A stretch of DNA of 46,345 bases from IMG/VR virus record IMGVR_UViG_3300031370_000003, one strand, 5' to 3'. The translations under genes were made by a program, and so were the position numbers. Position 1 is the first letter of the stretch, and every line of letters starts with the position of its first letter. The notes below the pieces were generated by a model. That model did no database searches, had not been told where the DNA came from, and saw nothing but the letters and a program-made list of their open reading frames with translations. The DNA is from a virus. Its lineage: Duplodnaviria; Heunggongvirae; Uroviricota; Caudoviricetes. Below are positions 33,629-42,697 of the stretch, one piece after another.

Positions 33629-35203
33629 TCAGTTGCCCAGAACATTAAAATCAAACTTCCCATCGACCGGTAACACGCCTTCAGCGAAGCCGGGTGTAGT
33701 GTCAATGATGTTTTTGCGCTCGTAGGAATGAGACATCAGGTACTTATTGGAACTATCAATAAAGTCAGAGATAAAACAAACATTTGCCTGATTCTTTTTA
33801 GCACGTAGACCGCGCCCAACACGCTGACGCATCTCGACTTCTGCCTTACCACCACCAGCTAGGATCACCGCGCCCACACTTGGGACATCAACGCCTACAT
33901 CGAGTATGGTGGAGCCAATGAGAATGTCTATTTTGCCTGCAGCCAGGCTCTGCAATTTTGCTTGTCGTACTTTCTGGGATGATTCACCGTAAATGAAGTC
34001 AACCCGCAATCCCTCTGCCTGCATCATCTCCATTAAGATCTGACCATGCCTTTTGTGCTTTACCAACGTCATACAGTTTAACTTGTGTGACCTATACATT
34101 ACAGCGGCACGAACAATCGCTGCATTACGGTTTAGGTTATAAACGATGCCTAGTTGGTACGCCTTTTGGTATGGCGTGCTCATAACAACCCGGAAATTCA
34201 GGTGTTTTGATGCAAGTTCAGCCTTAATCCTAGCCTCATCTGGAGTGTACGCGATTTTATGATATAAGAAGTAGGGTTTTGCCAAAATACCTTTATCAAT
34301 CAAATATTTTTCCGTCACCTTTATCTCAATTCGGCCGGCAACAGCCATCAATCGCATGTTGGCTTCCGTGGAATCCTTCATAAACGGAGTAGCGGTCAAA
34401 GCCAGACGATAATCAGCGTTGTGACAGAGTCTGGCGATGTCGTAAAAGCTGGAGCCGGATGATTCGTGCGCTTCTTCCAAAATAAGGAGGGAAACGCTGG
34501 CAAGCAGCTGTTTAATAAGCTCTCTTCGCTTGAGGTGCTGGGCGCGTTTCTCGGGAGAGAGGTCAGAACCAGGCTCATTTATAAAACTGGAGAGTGTTTG
34601 AACGGTCGCAACGTTGATATGACGTGATACCTTCAGTTCGCCCGAGCCAATCACACCAACCTTCTGCCCCTTAAGCCACGGCTCGCCATTATCAGCGCGA
34701 TAGTCGATGGATTTTTGAAAGTTATCTGCCATTTGGAACATTAGGACAGATCGAGTCGTAATGAACAGCGTCATACGACCGATACGTGCAGCTGCCTTGC
34801 AGGCTATATTCGATTTTCCGCCACCGGTTGCGACCTGGGCAATCATCCCGCCCACTTTTACCATGGTTTCAACAGTCTGATCTTGATATGCGTAGTCTGG
34901 ATTGTAGGGGAATGGGTTAACCGCGGGATTTGGCTTGCCAAGAGCAGAAACCATCGGTTTCCGAATGTGAGTTGCAGGAATACCAGCCCGGTTTAGCTTT
35001 GCTGCGATAGATCGAGCAAATCCAGCCGGAAACGAGCATTTTGACCAGTTGAACATGGTGCTGCGACCATCCCATCCACCACTACCTGAAAATGAGGCGC
35101 CATCAACATCGTAGCTCAACATGTCCTGAACTATCTTTTTTACGTTGTCATCCGCCCCTGAAATTAACGCGTTCACTGCGTTTGATACAATTCTAACGCT
35201 CAT
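33629..35203 (-). CDS. Superfamily II helicase (UvsW/ResIII-like)
   Basis: ATGGGKS, LEEAH, TATP, GVDVP, QRVGRGLR. Confidence 0.9.
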   Translation of the reverse strand: MSVRIVSNAVNALISGADDNVKKIVQDMLSYDVDGASFSGSGGWDGRSTMFNWSKCSFPAGFARSIAAKLNRAGIPATHIRKPMVSALGKPNPAVNPFPYNPDYAYQDQTVETMVKVGGMIAQVATGGGKSNIACKAAARIGRMTLFITTRSVLMFQMADNFQKSIDYRADNGEPWLKGQKVGVIGSGELKVSRHINVATVQTLSSFINEPGSDLSPEKRAQHLKRRELIKQLLASVSLLILEEAHESSGSSFYDIARLCHNADYRLALTATPFMKDSTEANMRLMAVAGRIEIKVTEKYLIDKGILAKPYFLYHKIAYTPDEARIKAELASKHLNFRVVMSTPYQKAYQLGIVYNLNRNAAIVRAAVMYRSHKLNCMTLVKHKRHGQILMEMMQAEGLRVDFIYGESSQKVRQAKLQSLAAGKIDILIGSTILDVGVDVPSVGAVILAGGGKAEVEMRQRVGRGLRAKKNQANVCFISDFIDSSNKYLMSHSYERKNIIDTTPGFAEGVLPVDGKFDFNVLGN

Positions 35204-35249
35204 GTGTCTTTCCTTAGTGCCTTTATTGTGCTAACAGTCTATGATTTAA

Positions 35250-35267
35250 TAAGTAGTTGGTTACTTA
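35250..35267. promoter_or_regulatory. Motif-A operator between the divergent helicase and ParB operons
   Basis: TAAGTA-GTTGGT-TACTTA. Confidence 0.6.
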
Positions 35268-35966
35268 ATGGATTATATCAAAAACATGGACGTAAAAATT
35301 AACATCTTGCAGGTGGAAGTAGGGCGACTGCAGCCAAACCCGTGGAATACAAACGCCGTGGGTCTTCAGAATTTTGAAAAGCTGAAAGGCTCAATCGACC
35401 GCCTGGGTTTCTTTAAACCGATCCTGGCTCGCGAGCTGCCAGATGGCTCATTCCAGATCCTCGGTGGTGAACACCGCTGGCGCGCAGCCATTGAGCAGGG
35501 CATTACCACTGTGCCAGTTATCACCGTTGGTCAGATCAGCGACGTGGTGGCAAAGCAAATGTCTCTCGTTGATAACGAGCGCTACGGTGAAGACGATCAA
35601 CTCTCTTTGCAGCGTCTGATTGAAGAAATCCAGTCAGAAACTGGCTTCAGCCTTTCAGAAATAGCCCCATTTGATGACGAGATGGCAGCGACACTGGCCC
35701 GAACTGCGGCTTTCGATATGGCGGAACTGGAGCGACTGACTGATGGCGACGAGAAAGCGGCAGAAGAGGATAAACGCGAGAAGGTTGAGCGTTTGGGTGT
35801 GGAGCACCAAACGATGCGCTTCAAAGTCACCTTCGACTCTGCTGATTCAGTCACTACAGCCATTAAATCGATCATTGCCGAGCAGGGCATTAATACTGGC
35901 AGCGACATGGAAGACGCTGGAGAAGCCCTGGTGTGGCTCGCAGACTTTTACAAGGAACGTAACTGA
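35268..35966 (+). CDS. ParB/Srx-domain protein 1 (alternative start 35286)
   Basis: LQPNPWNTN, GFFKPIL, ILGGEHRWRAA, DNERYG. Confidence 0.88.
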   Translation: MDYIKNMDVKINILQVEVGRLQPNPWNTNAVGLQNFEKLKGSIDRLGFFKPILARELPDGSFQILGGEHRWRAAIEQGITTVPVITVGQISDVVAKQMSLVDNERYGEDDQLSLQRLIEEIQSETGFSLSEIAPFDDEMAATLARTAAFDMAELERLTDGDEKAAEEDKREKVERLGVEHQTMRFKVTFDSADSVTTAIKSIIAEQGINTGSDMEDAGEALVWLADFYKERN

Positions 35967-36643
35967 TGAGCACCCCATTTGAGATCGTGTATCTCGACCC
36001 TAAAACTCTGGTTCCATATGAGGCCAATGCCAAAAAACACGACGAAACCCAGATTCGTGATTTGGCTGCGGCAATTTCCAAGCGTGGATTTGACCAGCCA
36101 ATCACCGTTGATAAAGACATGGTGATCATCACCGGCCACGGCCGCCGAGAAGCTGCAATTTATGCAGGGCTTGACCTGGTGCCGGTAATTATCCGAGCCG
36201 ATCTCGACGAGGTCTCTGTTCGTGCGAAGCGTCTGGAAGACAACCGTCTGGCCAGTACCGATTACGATGCCATCAAGCTGCAAAAAGAGCTTGAAGAGCT
36301 GGTGCTGGGCGACGAGGTGGTGATTGGCTTCGACGAGCGTGAGCTGAGCGTTTTGGTTGGTAGCATGACGGAAGACATGGCCACCGACTCTCTGGTGATG
36401 GACTTGGGTCATGAATCCGTGCGCCAGCATGAAGAGCATGAAGAGATCTCCCGGGAAGTGGCGGAGTCAGAATTGCGAGTGATCGACGTGTTGGGCTTTA
36501 AAACGCTTCCCGCTGGCTCTGCGCTGGTTGTTGGGGATTTACTTGCCCACATGGAAGAAGTGACGGGAGAGAGCGGGGCAGAAGCATTTGTGGCTTATGC
36601 GAAGCGTGTTTCTGAAGAAGCTGTCGATGAGGAAGGGGCATGA
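35966..36643 (+). CDS. ParB/Srx-domain protein 2
   Basis: LVPYEANAKKH, GFDQPITVD, ITGHGRREAA, LEDNR. Confidence 0.88.
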   Translation: MSTPFEIVYLDPKTLVPYEANAKKHDETQIRDLAAAISKRGFDQPITVDKDMVIITGHGRREAAIYAGLDLVPVIIRADLDEVSVRAKRLEDNRLASTDYDAIKLQKELEELVLGDEVVIGFDERELSVLVGSMTEDMATDSLVMDLGHESVRQHEEHEEISREVAESELRVIDVLGFKTLPAGSALVVGDLLAHMEEVTGESGAEAFVAYAKRVSEEAVDEEGA

Positions 36644-37281
36644 GCAACTACCTCATCAATGTAGCTTTCCAAACGCGTGTCACAAAGACCACCCGAACGC
36701 TGGAGATCGCTGAATCGTTTGGCCTGGGTCTGGATGAAAAAGAATGGTCTCTTTACGACAACCTGGAGCTGGAAATCCGCTCTGGTGATGTCGTGTACAT
36801 CACCGGTCAATCAGGATCTGGTAAATCGGTGGTGTTGCGCGAGCTTCAGCGTTTGATGAAAGAAGAAGGTCAGGATGTGGCCTCAATCGAAGACTTTGCC
36901 TTTGACGACAGCAAGAACGTCATTGACCAGCTGGGTAAAACCACCAGCGAGGCATTGGGGCTGTTATCTATGGCTGGGCTTAACGATGCCTATTTGTTTG
37001 TTCGCAAACCTTCTGAGATGTCAGACGGCCAGCGTTACCGCCTGAAAATCGCAAAGCTAATCGAAACCGGCGCAAAGGTATGGGTTGCTGATGAGTTTGG
37101 CGCTGTTCTGGATCGAGTAACTGCCCAGGTGGTTGCATCCAATCTCCAGCGCGCAGCGCGCAAAGCCGGGGCAACTGTCATGGTGGCAACCACGCATGAA
37201 GACCTCAAAAATGCTCTGCGCCCGGATGTGCAGATCACCAAGCACTACAAAGAACGTGTGAAGGTGGATTATGCAGCTTAA
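36640..37281 (+). CDS. Soluble ABC-type ATPase
   Basis: GQSGSGKS, MSDGQ signature, VWVADE, TTHED; no permease nearby. Confidence 0.88.
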   Translation: MSNYLINVAFQTRVTKTTRTLEIAESFGLGLDEKEWSLYDNLELEIRSGDVVYITGQSGSGKSVVLRELQRLMKEEGQDVASIEDFAFDDSKNVIDQLGKTTSEALGLLSMAGLNDAYLFVRKPSEMSDGQRYRLKIAKLIETGAKVWVADEFGAVLDRVTAQVVASNLQRAARKAGATVMVATTHEDLKNALRPDVQITKHYKERVKVDYAA

Positions 37282-37819
37282 AAAGGTTTTCCCGATTTAT
37301 GAAGGGGCTGAGCTGCGCCGCCGCTGGACACACGAGGCTGAATGGCAAGATTGGCTTCGTGCCCATGGCGCCTATGGCTTCCGTGTCGCCCCATATTACA
37401 ACCGCTGCGTCGTGGTTTTTGGTGAGAAACGCTATGTGGAGGTGATCAAACAGCTCTATGGGCTGGATGAGAGTGAATATGTAGCGGGGGTTGGTGGCAT
37501 GGTCACTGACCTGGGCTATATCCAGTACGACACCAATGTTCACTGCGTATATCTGCCTGAAAACTACAATGAGTCGGTTTACTGGCACGAAGCCTTGCAC
37601 ATCGCGCTTATCACTGGTCAACACCATGATTTGATGCCTTCAGATCAGGAGGCTTTCACTTATCTTCAGGGCTACATCGTTGAAGAGTTCGTAAAGGCTC
37701 GCGTTAAGTTCCTGGCCGACAAGAAGGCGGGTGGTTTGCCGGCGATCGAGGATATTGTGACGCGTCACCCCTCAACCATTCGTCGCGGTGGTTATGGCAG
37801 TCGGAAGGTGGTGCGATGA
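37271..37819 (+). CDS. HExxH (zincin-like) protein
   Basis: WHEALH...DQEAF; overlaps both neighbours. Confidence 0.65.
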   Translation: MQLKKVFPIYEGAELRRRWTHEAEWQDWLRAHGAYGFRVAPYYNRCVVVFGEKRYVEVIKQLYGLDESEYVAGVGGMVTDLGYIQYDTNVHCVYLPENYNESVYWHEALHIALITGQHHDLMPSDQEAFTYLQGYIVEEFVKARVKFLADKKAGGLPAIEDIVTRHPSTIRRGGYGSRKVVR

Positions 37820-38706
37820 ACGACGTAACCATCAAACGCTACAAGCCTGAAGAGTTTCCGAAGCATTTGGATTTTCTGGAGCGTATGACTGTGACGCGCG
37901 GCACTGTGGATGATTGGAATGCTTTGAAGTCGCTGCATTATAAAACTGACGGCAAACCATTCGCACCAACCTATTACCGCTGCGAGCTTGATGGTCGGCT
38001 GGTGGGCGTTGTTGTTGTGGCTTTTCCAAAACTGCTTCTGGCGCCGCGTCACCGCATGTTCCCCAAACTGAAGCCCACCACTAACACGACGGTGGCCAAT
38101 CAGTTCTGGGGGCGTTACGTGAACAACAATTTCGCTGTGATCAGCCGTTCAGTGGTGGACACCCAATACCGTGGCGTGGGTGTTTCATATCGCATGATTA
38201 ACCTGGTGAGCCGAATGCACAACAGGCCGATCATCGAAATCCAGTCCTCGATGAGCAAATACAACCCGTTTGCGATGAAGGCAGGCTATCAGTTTATTCG
38301 ACCAGAGCGTCCGAAGAGTTACGAAAGTGCGCTGCGCGTATTCCATCGGCATTTCCGTGCCGACCCGGGCGACAATGAGAGCATTGTGAAAGAGCTGTTC
38401 TCTATGAGCGAGAATCGCCGCCGCCGCGCGCTGGTGGATCTCGTTGCCGACTACCACAAGAACTCATCGTTGGCGAAAGCTGGGCGCAACCGAGGCACAA
38501 CCGTTCAAGACATCGCCGATTCTCTGGTGGATGAAGCCAGTATCGTGAAATTGCTGAAGGACATTCACAACCTTAGCTTTACTTCGCCGCTCTATGGTGT
38601 TTACCGCAACCCGGATTTTGGCAGGGATTTGCCTGACGTGTTGCCACTACTGGCATTCGACAACCAACCATTAAATGCGCCGCTGGATCTGGCGCGTATC
38701 TCGTAA
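37816..38706 (+). CDS. GNAT-fold acyltransferase (possibly Mom-like)
   Basis: ISRSVVDTQYRGVG motif A; NPFAMKAGY motif B. Confidence 0.8.
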   Translation: MNDVTIKRYKPEEFPKHLDFLERMTVTRGTVDDWNALKSLHYKTDGKPFAPTYYRCELDGRLVGVVVVAFPKLLLAPRHRMFPKLKPTTNTTVANQFWGRYVNNNFAVISRSVVDTQYRGVGVSYRMINLVSRMHNRPIIEIQSSMSKYNPFAMKAGYQFIRPERPKSYESALRVFHRHFRADPGDNESIVKELFSMSENRRRRALVDLVADYHKNSSLAKAGRNRGTTVQDIADSLVDEASIVKLLKDIHNLSFTSPLYGVYRNPDFGRDLPDVLPLLAFDNQPLNAPLDLARIS

Positions 38707-38718
38707 GGAAGCGAGCAA

Positions 38719-38985
38719 ATGATTTTGACAGATAAGCAGAAAGATATTCTGCGCACCATTTACCTTGGCCACGATCGCGGCCATTTACTTGACCTCGATG
38801 AGCTGCTGGAGGTTCTTCCATACAAAACCACAAAGCAGAGTATGCAGTTCTCTCTTCGAGCGCTGATTAAAAAGGGACTTGTCGAGAAAGGTGAGTTTCG
38901 TGCGCGTGGAGATGATGGCTACCAGCGACGCACACTCGGTCTGACCGTTATGGGTAGAGCAAGCGTAAAGCTGATGGTGGCATGA
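38719..38985 (+). CDS. Winged-helix DNA-binding protein
   Basis: LTDKQKDIL...SMQFSLRALIKKGLVEK...LTVMG. Confidence 0.75.
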   Translation: MILTDKQKDILRTIYLGHDRGHLLDLDELLEVLPYKTTKQSMQFSLRALIKKGLVEKGEFRARGDDGYQRRTLGLTVMGRASVKLMVA

Positions 38986-38990
38986 GAAAG

Positions 38991-39043
38991 ACCTGCTTCC
39001 CATAAATAATTAATGGCTGGTTATTTAAATATACAGAAGCAGG
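38991..39043. repeat. 55-bp inverted-repeat element, copy 2
   Basis: ACCTGCTTC-N36-GAAGCAGG upstream of the terminase small subunit. Confidence 0.7.
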
Positions 39044-39158
39044 CTTTTAACCACTCCCCAATTAAGTTGTTTTCTAACTGTTGAAACCAATTTGTTTAGC
39101 AACTCCAGAAATGATTTTACTCGGCGCAAGGAAGCGCCGTGGTGGTTTAGAGGGAACT

Positions 39159-39797
39159 ATGACGACCGAAGCTGAAGAGGTAAAGGTCAAGGTCACGCCA
39201 GCTATGTGGGCGGAGATCGAGGCGAAATGGGCGTCCGGCGAGTACACGCTTTCAAGATTGGAAGACGAGTATGGGCTGCGCCGCGAGACCTTCTCTCGTT
39301 ATTTCAAAAAGAAGGGTTTGGCCAAAGGAGCCGACTCAGTTGGCAAGATGGTGCGTGAATCCCTGAAGTCAGACGCAGAGATCCGCGCTAAAGAGCGCGC
39401 CGACAAAATTGATGATCGTCGTAACAAGTATGACAGCTGGGCATTCACTCTTGGCAGAATGGCGATGGGTCAGGTTGCCGAGGCAAAGTCCAAAGGCACA
39501 TCGCTTGCTGTAATCGAGGGCGATCTAAAGTCAATTCAGCGCGCCAGCAATATTCTGGCTAAGTGCTTTGATGTGTCATCCAAAGCCCTGGGCATGGATA
39601 AAGACGAAGGTTTGGCCGACGAAATCCCGAACCTGGTGTTCGGCGAATTGACACCAAATCAGGTGGCAGAGCTGCGTAAATCAGAAGAACCAGATCTGAT
39701 TGACGATGATGAGCTTGAGGCACTTGAAGAGGAAGCAGCAAAAGACGCTGAGAGCGTTTTGGAGAGTGAAGCTGACGATGATAGTGGGGAAGCATAA
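39159..39797 (+). CDS. Terminase small subunit (probable)
   Basis: N-terminal HTH, helical oligomerisation region, acidic tail; directly before terL. Confidence 0.75.
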   Translation: MTTEAEEVKVKVTPAMWAEIEAKWASGEYTLSRLEDEYGLRRETFSRYFKKKGLAKGADSVGKMVRESLKSDAEIRAKERADKIDDRRNKYDSWAFTLGRMAMGQVAEAKSKGTSLAVIEGDLKSIQRASNILAKCFDVSSKALGMDKDEGLADEIPNLVFGELTPNQVAELRKSEEPDLIDDDELEALEEEAAKDAESVLESEADDDSGEA

Positions 39798-39799
39798 CC

Positions 39800-41056
39800 A
39801 TGGCCATCCCGTCATCGCTGAGCTTGATTCAGCTGCATTCTGGGCAGATGTCAGTGTTCCAATCACCCCATCGTTTCAAAGTGGTGTGTGCTGGCCGACG
39901 CTGGGGTAAGTCTCGACTGTCAATTTCTAAAATTATTCGTGCGGCCGCTTCTGGCCGCAAACAGCGTGTTTGGTACGTAGCGCCAACGTATCAGATGGCC
40001 AGGCAGATTTTGTGGGATGACCTTCAGGAGACAATCCCGCGCAAATGGGTGGCTAAAAAGAACGACACCACAATGACGATCGTTCTCAAGAACGGTTCGG
40101 AAATTGCACTAAAAGGTGCGGATAAGCCAGATACATTGCGTGGTGTTGCGTTGAACTTTGTCGTGCTTGACGAGTTCCAGGATATGAAGCCTGACACCTG
40201 GTACAAGGTATTGCGTCCAACGCTGTCTTCTACCCGCGGTGGTGCGCTAATTATCGGCACACCGAAAGGCTTCTCTGAGTTCCATAAACTTTGGACGATC
40301 GGGCAAAACGAAGATTTGCAGAAGAAGGGACAGTGGAAGAGCTGGCAGTTTGTGACAGCCGATTCACCCTTTGTTCCAGAGGCGGAGATCGAAGCCGCGC
40401 GGAATGATATGGACCCTAAATCATTCGCTCAGGAATACCTTGCGTCGTTTGAGAACATGTCAGGTCGCGTGTATTACCCGTTCGACCGCAAAACGCATGT
40501 TAAGGATGTGGCCTTTAATCCGAAGCTGCCTATCTGGGTTGGTCAGGACTTTAACATCGATCCAATGTCCTCGGTCATCCTGCAGCCGCAGCCGAATGGT
40601 GAAGTTTGGGCGGTGGATGAGCTGGTGCTGTATTCTTCAAACACCGCAGAGGTATGTGATGAGCTGGAACGCCGGTACTGGCGATCGAAGTCTCAGGTAA
40701 CAATCTTCCCAGACCCTGCAGGCGCATACCGACAACATGCGCGCGGTGAATCGGATGTGGACATCTTTAAGGAGAAGGGTTTTCTGCGCATCGATCACCC
40801 GAAGAAGCACCCGCCGATCGCTGACCGTGTGAATGCAGTAAACCGTATGCTGATGACCGCGTCTGGAGATGTGAGACTTTATATCAGCCCGAAGTGTAAG
40901 GGACTGATTGAATCGCTGGAAAAGGTGATCTACAAACCGGGTTCGCGTGATATGGACAAGTCAGGTGGTGTAGAGCATAGCGCTGACGCCCTCGGCTATC
41001 CAATTCATAGAAGATTTCCGGTTAAAAGTCGTGTTATTCTTGGTGGCTCACGATAG
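39800..41056 (+). CDS. terL: Terminase large subunit
   Basis: AGRRWGKS, VVLDE, IGTPKG, nuclease GQDFN and HSADA. Confidence 0.95.
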   Translation: MAIPSSLSLIQLHSGQMSVFQSPHRFKVVCAGRRWGKSRLSISKIIRAAASGRKQRVWYVAPTYQMARQILWDDLQETIPRKWVAKKNDTTMTIVLKNGSEIALKGADKPDTLRGVALNFVVLDEFQDMKPDTWYKVLRPTLSSTRGGALIIGTPKGFSEFHKLWTIGQNEDLQKKGQWKSWQFVTADSPFVPEAEIEAARNDMDPKSFAQEYLASFENMSGRVYYPFDRKTHVKDVAFNPKLPIWVGQDFNIDPMSSVILQPQPNGEVWAVDELVLYSSNTAEVCDELERRYWRSKSQVTIFPDPAGAYRQHARGESDVDIFKEKGFLRIDHPKKHPPIADRVNAVNRMLMTASGDVRLYISPKCKGLIESLEKVIYKPGSRDMDKSGGVEHSADALGYPIHRRFPVKSRVILGGSR

Positions 41057-41071
41057 GTGGTCAGCTACCTA
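41054..41071. promoter_or_regulatory. Motif-A operator between terL and portal
   Basis: TAGGTGGTCAGCTACCTA; begins at the terL stop codon. Confidence 0.6.
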
Positions 41072-41110
41072 TATTAAAGCGGTATTTATATTAAATTGGG
41101 GTTTGGTCAA

Positions 41111-42679
41111 ATGGAATTGACTGACAAAGTAATCAAGGATCTGGTTAAACGCCGGCATCCTGAGTACGAAAAGAAAAAGGAGCATTGGGACTTTATTTCG
41201 GCCACCTACGCGGGTGGCCGGGCATGGTTCGATGACAACGTTTTCCGCTATTTCAAAGAAGGTGATCAGGAATACAAAGAACGTGTAGAGCGAGCATACC
41301 GCTTCAACCACACGCGTGAAGTTGTAAACCTGATCAACAAATACATTTTCCGCGAAGATATTCACCGCACTGAGGAAGATGCACCAGAGTTCATCCGGGA
41401 TTTCTGGCGCCGCGCGACTCGTCAAAACGTTTCCGTTAACGAGTTCATGGCCGCCATCGATCTGCAATCCTCCATCTATGGGCGAATTTGGGTTGTGGTG
41501 GATAGCACAATGGAAGCTGGCGCTGAGTCGGTTGAAGACCAGAAGAAGCAAGATGGCCGCGCCTACGCTTACTGGATTTCACCGCAGCAGATGCTGGATC
41601 TGGCATGGGATGACGACGGCAATTTACTGTGGGCGCTGGTGGTGGAAGTCGCCCGTGATGATGCCGACCCGTTTGCTTCTACCGGACAGGAGTTCCAGCG
41701 TTATCGCTTGTGGACTCAAAACGAATGGTATCTGTTCCGCGAAGAGGTGAAGAAGGGTGGTCAGAAAGGTAATGCTAAGGTTTACCTCGAAGATAGTGGT
41801 GAGCATAACCTGGGTGTTGTGCCGGTGTTCCCCGTTGACTGTATTGGTCAAAGCGAATCGCCATACTTCAGCCCATCGCTAATTGATGACATCGCTTACC
41901 TTGACCGTGCGGTGGCCAACTACCTGTCGAACCTTGATGCAATCATTCAGGATCAGACCTTCTCCCAGCTGGCGATTCCAGTTCAGGCAATGCTGCCTGG
42001 CGATGAGAACCACGGCAAGGTATTGGAAATGGGAACTAAACGAGTGTTTACCTTTGATGGTGAAGGTGGCTCGCAGCCGTTCTACATGTCGCCAGACCCG
42101 AAGCAAGCCCAGATGATCATCACCACGGTTCAAACTGTCATCAACGAGATTTATCACTCTGTTGGTGTTGCCGGTGAACGAACTAAGCAGGACAACGCCA
42201 AGGGCATTGATAATTCATCTGGCGCAGCCAAAGCATACGACTTCCAGCGCGTGAATAGCTTGCTGGTGACGAAAGCTGAACGTCTGGAACGTGCAGAGCG
42301 CCAGATGCTTGCCCTGGTTGGCAAATGGATGGGTGAAGAGCTGGAAGACGATCACACATTGGTTAGCTACCCGGAGAGTTTCGACATCCGTGGTTTGACT
42401 GACGAATTTGCTGTTGCTCAGCAGTTATCAGAGTTGCAGGCGCCGGAAAGTGTTCGTCGTTATCAGATGGAAATGCTCATCGATAAGATCTTCCCGAACG
42501 TCACGGAGAAAATGAAAAAGGAATTTGAGGCAGATCTCTTGAAATTTCCTCCAAAAAATGTATCTGTGGGTATTGAAAATAGGTTGTCAACTACCTATGA
42601 TAAGGCATCTTCTCAAGAAACCGAGAATACTTCTTCCCAAGGATCAGGGAACTCATCTGCTCAAGCAACCGAGCGATAA
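41111..42679 (+). CDS. Portal protein
   Basis: ~520 aa after terL; SPP1-type layout. Confidence 0.85.
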   Translation: MELTDKVIKDLVKRRHPEYEKKKEHWDFISATYAGGRAWFDDNVFRYFKEGDQEYKERVERAYRFNHTREVVNLINKYIFREDIHRTEEDAPEFIRDFWRRATRQNVSVNEFMAAIDLQSSIYGRIWVVVDSTMEAGAESVEDQKKQDGRAYAYWISPQQMLDLAWDDDGNLLWALVVEVARDDADPFASTGQEFQRYRLWTQNEWYLFREEVKKGGQKGNAKVYLEDSGEHNLGVVPVFPVDCIGQSESPYFSPSLIDDIAYLDRAVANYLSNLDAIIQDQTFSQLAIPVQAMLPGDENHGKVLEMGTKRVFTFDGEGGSQPFYMSPDPKQAQMIITTVQTVINEIYHSVGVAGERTKQDNAKGIDNSSGAAKAYDFQRVNSLLVTKAERLERAERQMLALVGKWMGEELEDDHTLVSYPESFDIRGLTDEFAVAQQLSELQAPESVRRYQMEMLIDKIFPNVTEKMKKEFEADLLKFPPKNVSVGIENRLSTTYDKASSQETENTSSQGSGNSSAQATER

Positions 42680-42697
42680 GGCGTAAAAAGGAATTTT

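Noticed and set aside
35268-36643. Plasmid ParAB partition locus
   Set aside because: No deviant-Walker-A ParA adjacent; both proteins are of the phage modification-associated ParB/Srx type; the ATPase is ABC-type
36640-37281. ABC transporter
   Set aside because: No permease or substrate-binding gene nearby
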